This document shows positions 58,104 through 64,000 of a stretch of DNA of 64,000 bases, in pieces. Each line of letters opens with the position of its first letter. Position 1 is the stretch's first letter. Source of the DNA: Phyllobates terribilis (Eukaryota); the NCBI RefSeq assembly GCF_046119375.1, contig NW_027362762.1, positions 354,516,001 through 354,580,000 on the forward strand. Reading direction: 5' to 3'. The notes beneath the pieces were generated by a model. It worked only from the letters and a program-made list of their open reading frames with translations. It ran no database searches and had not been told where the DNA came from. Both the position numbers and the translations under genes were made by a program.

Positions 58104-58744
58104 AGGTCCTGATGCTTGAGTGTCAATGCACATATATACACAATGTGATTACCTGGTTCCACAATCTGGTGTGCGGGGTGCACTATCCCCGAAGCAGGAA
58201 AAGGAAGTAAGTGAAAGAACAAGTCACATGACACCTACCCATAAGGCAAAGCGCTGTCAGCGCCTACACAGACCAATGGAAAAACAAGTGTGGGCAAAAA
58301 CGCCCACACACAATATGGAACGTCGGTGAACAAGGGACTGAATGCATATGTCAATGCGAGCATGGATTCTCCTGCAGGATGGTAAAGGTTACATGCAAAC
58401 CAACAGATGTGAAAGTATGCATAATAAGTAAAGTAGGAAAAGGAAGGGAAAGAAAGAACGATCTGAGATAACTAATATATAGCCCAATAAGATATGGGAT
58501 ATTTAACCCAAATAGTCATCATTGAAGATCCATATATTGAAGGGGAAAAAAAAGGAAATAATGAATATGAGGAGAAAGATGTGCGCGTCCAGGTGCACAT
58601 GGACGTGCACATCAGAGAATGTAACATGCAACATGCACAGCGGCAAATTTGTATACATTATCTGGTATATACTCTCTTTATCCACTTTCCTTGGTCAGGG
58701 GAGCCTATTCTTGGTGCCACTGTGTGTTATATATTATTTCTTGG

Positions 58745-61700
58745 ATTGGGACTTGCGAGAATCGGCCTGGCGGGCTCAGACCACAAATGTGTTCCAGGTG
58801 AATGAAGTTCCCACTGCCAATTCAGCCTTTGAGGACCTATCGGTCAAACTTACTAGAGCTCATAAGACTGTGATTAGATTGCATTTGAATATCCGTAGCT
58901 TAGAGGACTACCTAAGGGTTAACATCGTACCGTGAGGTCTGAGAGTTTCTATCTTCCCGTCATGGAAGCCTTCCCCTACATTCAAACAAACATGGGTGAA
59001 TGTTCCAATATCATTATTAATATGTTGTTGGAACACAACAGAGCACTATTTATAGCTACTAAGACATCTATCAAGGAATTAGAAGCTAAACTCTTGGGAT
59101 TCAACAGTGAACAAGCTACCCCCTTTAAATTTAAGCTTAAAGAAATCCTGGACAAATATGAACAGGAGGTGATCAATAAAAAAGAAAGCAAGTTTTTCCA
59201 TGATCGTACTGACTTTGACAAGCAGACAGTCTTTAAATGGAGACATCTTGGTAATAGACGCCAGATCAGGGGATCTAGATCTATGTCTACCTCTTCAGAC
59301 AATGAGCCGCTGTCGGCTCCCCCCAGTTCTAGTGAAGGTTTTTTATCCTCAAGCGACTCAGACGCCGCACTAGACGTGGACGCAAACATAGGACAGCGAC
59401 CCGTGCGAATAACCAGAAACAAAGGTCACACATCTCCATTCCAGTACAACCGGAATCAGAATTTCAAACGCAACTGAATGATCGACGCTCCTCCTCCCTT
59501 ATTCAGGATGATACTATTATTGACACCCACTATGAGAACATCGAACAGGTAAATACTCCAACAATACTTATCAACCTGTATAACTACACTTTGTCTGCAT
59601 GTGAAATATCATTATTGGAAAGGGGACTTACCTTTTCACCCACACAAGGGCTTGATAAATTTTCACTTACTAAAGACTTGTATCTATTCTGTAGAAAATT
59701 GATCCTTCAAGTGATCCGCAGAAAACCTGATATCACCCTGAAATTACCGGAGGACGAGAGCCAGACCTTCAGAGACCTATTGGACCTTCTTAATGAGAAT
59801 CAATCAGCTATAGGTAGGCGGATGTTTCCACAAAAGGCTAAATCTGCGGTTAGTCTCTCTTTTGCCTTAGTACCTGCTGTAAAAATCTTTTTTGACCTCG
59901 TTAGGAGGGATATCATGAAAATGTCAGTACATACATCTTCTCCCTCTAACATTACACCAACCGAGAGGAAGGCATTGCTTGGACTTAAAAATAACAATAG
60001 TTTACTAATCAAGGAGGCAGACAAGGGGGGCAACGTTGTCATCTGGCACATACACCTCTATCTGGAGGAGGCTTCGAGACAACTCAGCAACCCCCGGTTC
60101 TACCAGAGATTGCCCTCAGATCCAACACAGGTATGTCTTAAACGATTCCGAGGGCTACTAAATCAAGCCTGTGATCTTGGAGTCATCTCCCCAAATGAAA
60201 AGAAAGTTATTGAGGTAGAAAATCCTGTAACACCTAAGGTGCATAAGGATATCGAGCGGCCACCAGGTATACCCATCGTTTCTAGCATAGGGAGCCTCTG
60301 TGAACATGCTGGTTTTATGTGGATTTCTTCTTACAGCCTTTGGCTATTTCTTTACCCTCGTATATCAGGGACTCTTCCCACTTTATCTAAATATGCCGTA
60401 ACATCACCCTTCCAGACAAATCATTAATCGCTACTTGCGATATAGAATGATTATACTCCAATATTGCTCATAAGGATGGTGTTACAGCTCTCACCTTCTT
60501 TATTGATCGAATGGACGATCAAAATCACATGCATAACTCTTTTATTATTGATTTACTAAACTTCATACTCTGTCATAACTATTTCTTGTTAGATAGACAA
60601 TACTACCATCAAATCTCAGGCGTGGCAATGGGCGCACAGTGTGCGCCTGAGTATGCAAATACCTTCTTAGGATGGTGGGAGGAAACGGTGGTGTCTCAGA
60701 TGACGGCCTTCCAACAATGGGTATCCCACTGGCACAGTTACATAGACGATGTCTTCTTTGTTTGGTTGGGCACAGTGGAAGATTGCTCACAATTCATCTG
60801 TGACTTGAACCATAGCACCCATAACATCTTAACCCACTCTATTTCGTCTAGTACCGCCACGTTTCTGGACCTAAGGATTACCATCTCGGAAAGGAGACTG
60901 ATTACGGATCTTTTTCGCAAACCCACCTCCACCAACAGCTTGCTCCTCTATAACAACTTCCATCCATCACATACTTGGAAAGGGATTCCTGTCGGTCAGT
61001 TCCTGCGTATCCAACGGAATAATCCAAGACGCTGACTTCTATAAACAGACGAGGGAGCTAGCAGAGAGTCTCAAGCAAAGGGGATACCCCAAAAATATCA
61101 TATTGAGGGCTTTCCAAAGGGCAAAGATTCAAAACCTGGAATCCCTCTTGCCCCCACGTCATCAACCATCGGACACTGCGCCCAGGTTCATTACCAGTTA
61201 CTGTATGGGTTGAAATCAGGTGAGGAATATTTTAAATCAACATTGGTATTTACTCACCTTTGATACACAAACTTCTTTTATTGTTAGTCCTAAACCCCTG
61301 ATGGCTTCCAGGAGGGACCCCAATCTTTGTGATTTGCTCATGTCCAGCCATTTTGTTAGACCTACTGTCAGGCTGAACCGTGGTTTCTCCTTGAGAGGTT
61401 CCTTTCCTTGTGGTGATTGCAACATCTGCCCCTACATGTGTCCCACAATAAATTATTTTTGTAATCATTTGGACAATCAGCATCATCCACTTAGATCGTA
61501 CATTAAGTGCAAGACGAAAAATGTCATCTATGCAATTATTTGCTCCTGCCCTAAAGTATATGTAGGCCAAACATCCCAAGAACTGAGGAGGCGGGCTCAG
61601 AAACATCTATCTACTATACATTTAGCATCTTCGGATTTTAGGAAAGAAAAAACACTTACCCCTATAGCCTCACACTTCTTGACAGAACATCGTGACAAAC

Positions 61701-61867
61701 CTCATAATGTTTCTATCTTTGGCTCACAGAAAATCCACAACAACAACATAGGTGGTAGTAACCATAAATTATTATTACTCATGGAATCCAGGGGAATATT
61801 TACACTATGCTCGGTTGCTCCATTGGGACTCAACAAAGAACTCATCTACACTGGCTTTCTGGGTTAA
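58745..61867 (+). pseudogene. Penelope-like polyprotein (RT plus GIY-YIG endonuclease), multiple stops and frameshifts
   Basis: IKEADKGGNVVIW, PKVHKD..RPPGIPIVS, GVAMGAQCAPEYAN, YIDDVFFVW, FLDL, linker CGDCNIC, VIYAIICSCPKVYVGQT (GIY-YIG), ..GLNKE C-terminus. Confidence 0.93.
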
Positions 61868-63015
61868 CCTGGATCAAGACTATGGATCCGCCTCCTCATT
61901 CATCTTTGTTGTCTTCTTGCTCTTTTCTTTGGATTTCTCTCTGGATAGGACTACCTTATTCTATAAAGGACAGGAATCAAACTCCTAAAAAATTGTTGCA
62001 ACATCCCAGTAATGCCTTATCTGACTGGCATGAATTATCTTTGGGGTCCTTAATCAATTTGCATTGCATATATGAACTGGGTAATGGACTCTATTAATAA
62101 AGACATTCCTGGAAGATTATATCATGTCGCTAGAGCTTCTCCTATCTTGATCTGTTGCTACATAGAATTGACAGGAAGTCAATCTCATTACATCAAAAAA
62201 TATATATTCCCTTTATCCTACTTATTTATCATTTGGTTTATTTTATATTGCTCATGCGGTACCCCTTTGGTACCCTTTTCTCTTGGGGACATACCGCCCC
62301 CAACCAATTATGGGCCGTGATATGTGGCCCTGAATAAATCTTAGAATCTCTATATACAGTATACATTACTAAACATATTTGTCCCATTATGTTTTATTGG
62401 TGACTTTTTGTCCTCAGGGATTTGAACATGCACATGTATATAATAATGTCGCTGTGCATGTTGCATGTTACATTCTCTGATGTGCGCATCCATGTGCACC
62501 TGGACGCGCACATCTTTCTCCTCATATTCATTATTTCCTTTTGTTTTCCCCTTGAATACATGGATCTTCAATGATGACTATTTGGGTTAAATATCCCATA
62601 TCTTATTGGGCTATGTATTAGTTATCTCTGATCGTTCTTTCTTCCCCTTCCTTTTCCTTCTTTACTCATTATGCATACTTTCACATCTGTTGGTTTGTAT
62701 TTAATCTTTACCATCCTGCACGAGAATCCATGCTCGCATTGACATATGCATTCAGTCCCTTGTTCACCGACGCTCCATATTGTTTGTGGGCGTTTTTGCC
62801 CACACTTGTTTTTCCATTGGTCTGTGCAGGCGCTGACAGTGCATTGCCTTATGGGTAGGTGTCATGTGATATCTCACATGTGACTTGTTCTTTCACTTAC
62901 TTCCTCTTCCTGCTCCGAAGATAGTGCACCCTGCACACCGGATTGTGGAACCAGGTAATCACATTGTGTATATATATATGTATATATGTGCATTGACCCT
63001 CAAGCATCAGGACCT

Positions 63016-63053
63016 GCCCTGATGAAGCCGTATTGACGGCGATACGTGTGGGC
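63016..63053 (+). ncRNA. Degenerate hammerhead-ribozyme-like motif in the PLE 3' terminal repeat
   Basis: GCC-CTGATGA-A-GCCG-TATTGA-CGGC-GATAC-GTGT-G-GGC: CTGATGA core and 4-bp stem II intact, but GATAC instead of GAAAC and G at the cleavage position. Confidence 0.55.
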
Positions 63054-64000
63054 TTCGCTCACTCCTATGGTCCCTCTCCCATTTTCCCTGCTATATCCAC
63101 ATGCATTCCTCTTCATCCCACCACATAGGTATCTATGAATAATACTGCATTTGACAGGTTGAAGTGGCTACACTAGTCTGCATTTCAGGTTTTTTGCCCG
63201 CACAATGGATTTGTATAGTTATATGTGTGTTATATGAGCCATTATATAGGTGTTATACTGAGGTTAAATATTCTCTCCAGGGACTCCTGGTCTTGAGTTC
63301 TATATCTTTATTATTCTATCTACCTACATGTTTCTGCCTATATGATCCTCTATACCTGCCATTTTGTTTAACCAAACTGCAGTATTTGATGTATGGCGGT
63401 TATTTGTAATATGTTCTTATGGGAGAGTGTACCTAGCAATTGATCTATGTCATTATCTGTACTTTCAGGTTATAGATTACTTGTGGACATGGTCTTTTTG
63501 CATGGTTTCTGTTTTTAATTGGTTTTAGCATGTTTGTGTCAGTGTACATTAATACATTTTGGAATTTTTTGATTTAACACTATTGACTCATAGGTGTGCA
63601 TTTCCATATTACATTGTCTCTTTCTTCTTTTTTTGCTTCATATTATCTTGTCAATGTAGGTATTTTGCACCTGGTCATTTTTTGCTCTATGATTGGCACT
63701 GGTGCACTCCATTTACATATATTTATCGTAGATTACATAGTAAAAACCCGCTGATCGATTCCCTTTAAATATGTGGTCATTTCTTAATTTAGAACACTGA
63801 ATTTACCTATCCGGTCCAGTTGATTTAATTTTCAACATGTTGTTGGTGGCTTGATGTTGCCTGCATATCAAATCATTTCACCATGTTAGAAAAGTTGATT
63901 TGTAAACCTCAGCCAGTTTATAGCTTGTCTAATGTCTGACAGTCTGCTTTTTGTCAGTAGCAGTATTTTACCAGCTCTTAGAATGGTTCTCTGTTTTTGC

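Larger units (their letters stand above)
55862..63729 (+). mobile_element. Penelope-like retroelement (Neptune-type) with inverted 5' terminal repeat and 17-bp TSD
   Basis: TSD AGATTACATAGTAAAAA at 55845-55861 and 63730-63746; 55862-56249 plus 57869-58645 is the reverse complement of about 62447-63640. Confidence 0.9.
55472..63764. mobile_element. TTAA-target MITE split by the Penelope-like insertion (55472-55861 plus 63730-63764)
   Basis: TTAA|AGGGAATATATCA ... CTGATCGATTCCCT|TTAA; the halves share the duplicated AGATTACATAGTAAAAA. Confidence 0.8.

Overview
Vertebrate (most likely anuran amphibian, by inference from the repeat families) intronic DNA. The only host gene is a ZPLD1-like zona pellucida-domain gene on the minus strand, with four exons found by hand (55019-55248, 14933-15117, 11562-11634, 10476-10573) that splice in frame with GT-AG boundaries. 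Its 39.9-kb intron (15118-55018) holds a nest of transposons resolvable by target-site duplications. A DD38E Tc1-like element (19285-50888) was hit by a 9.2-kb hAT (hAT-A, 19749-45467) and by a palindromic non-autonomous hAT (hAT-C, 46412-50650). hAT-A was in turn hit by a 16.5-kb relative (hAT-B, 26342-42810). A second hAT-B-type copy runs off the left edge (1-9161). These hATs encode an unusually long (about 1,233 aa consensus), apparently intronless BED-finger/DDE transposase. They carry captured cargo (18S rRNA fragment, L1 RT, dead DD37E Tc1, Penelope and SGNH-hydrolase fragments, a solo LTR) and an internal 109-115 bp satellite that has formed a 2,593-bp higher-order repeat. The rest of the window contains DD34E, DD41D and DD34D Tc1/mariner elements, TTAA-target MITEs, Tigger-like MITEs, L2 tails, a minisatellite with a Helitron-like end, a near full-length decayed Penelope-like retroelement with inverted terminal repeats and a 17-bp TSD, and hammerhead ribozyme motifs. 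All family assignments are by recognition of motifs; no database search was run.
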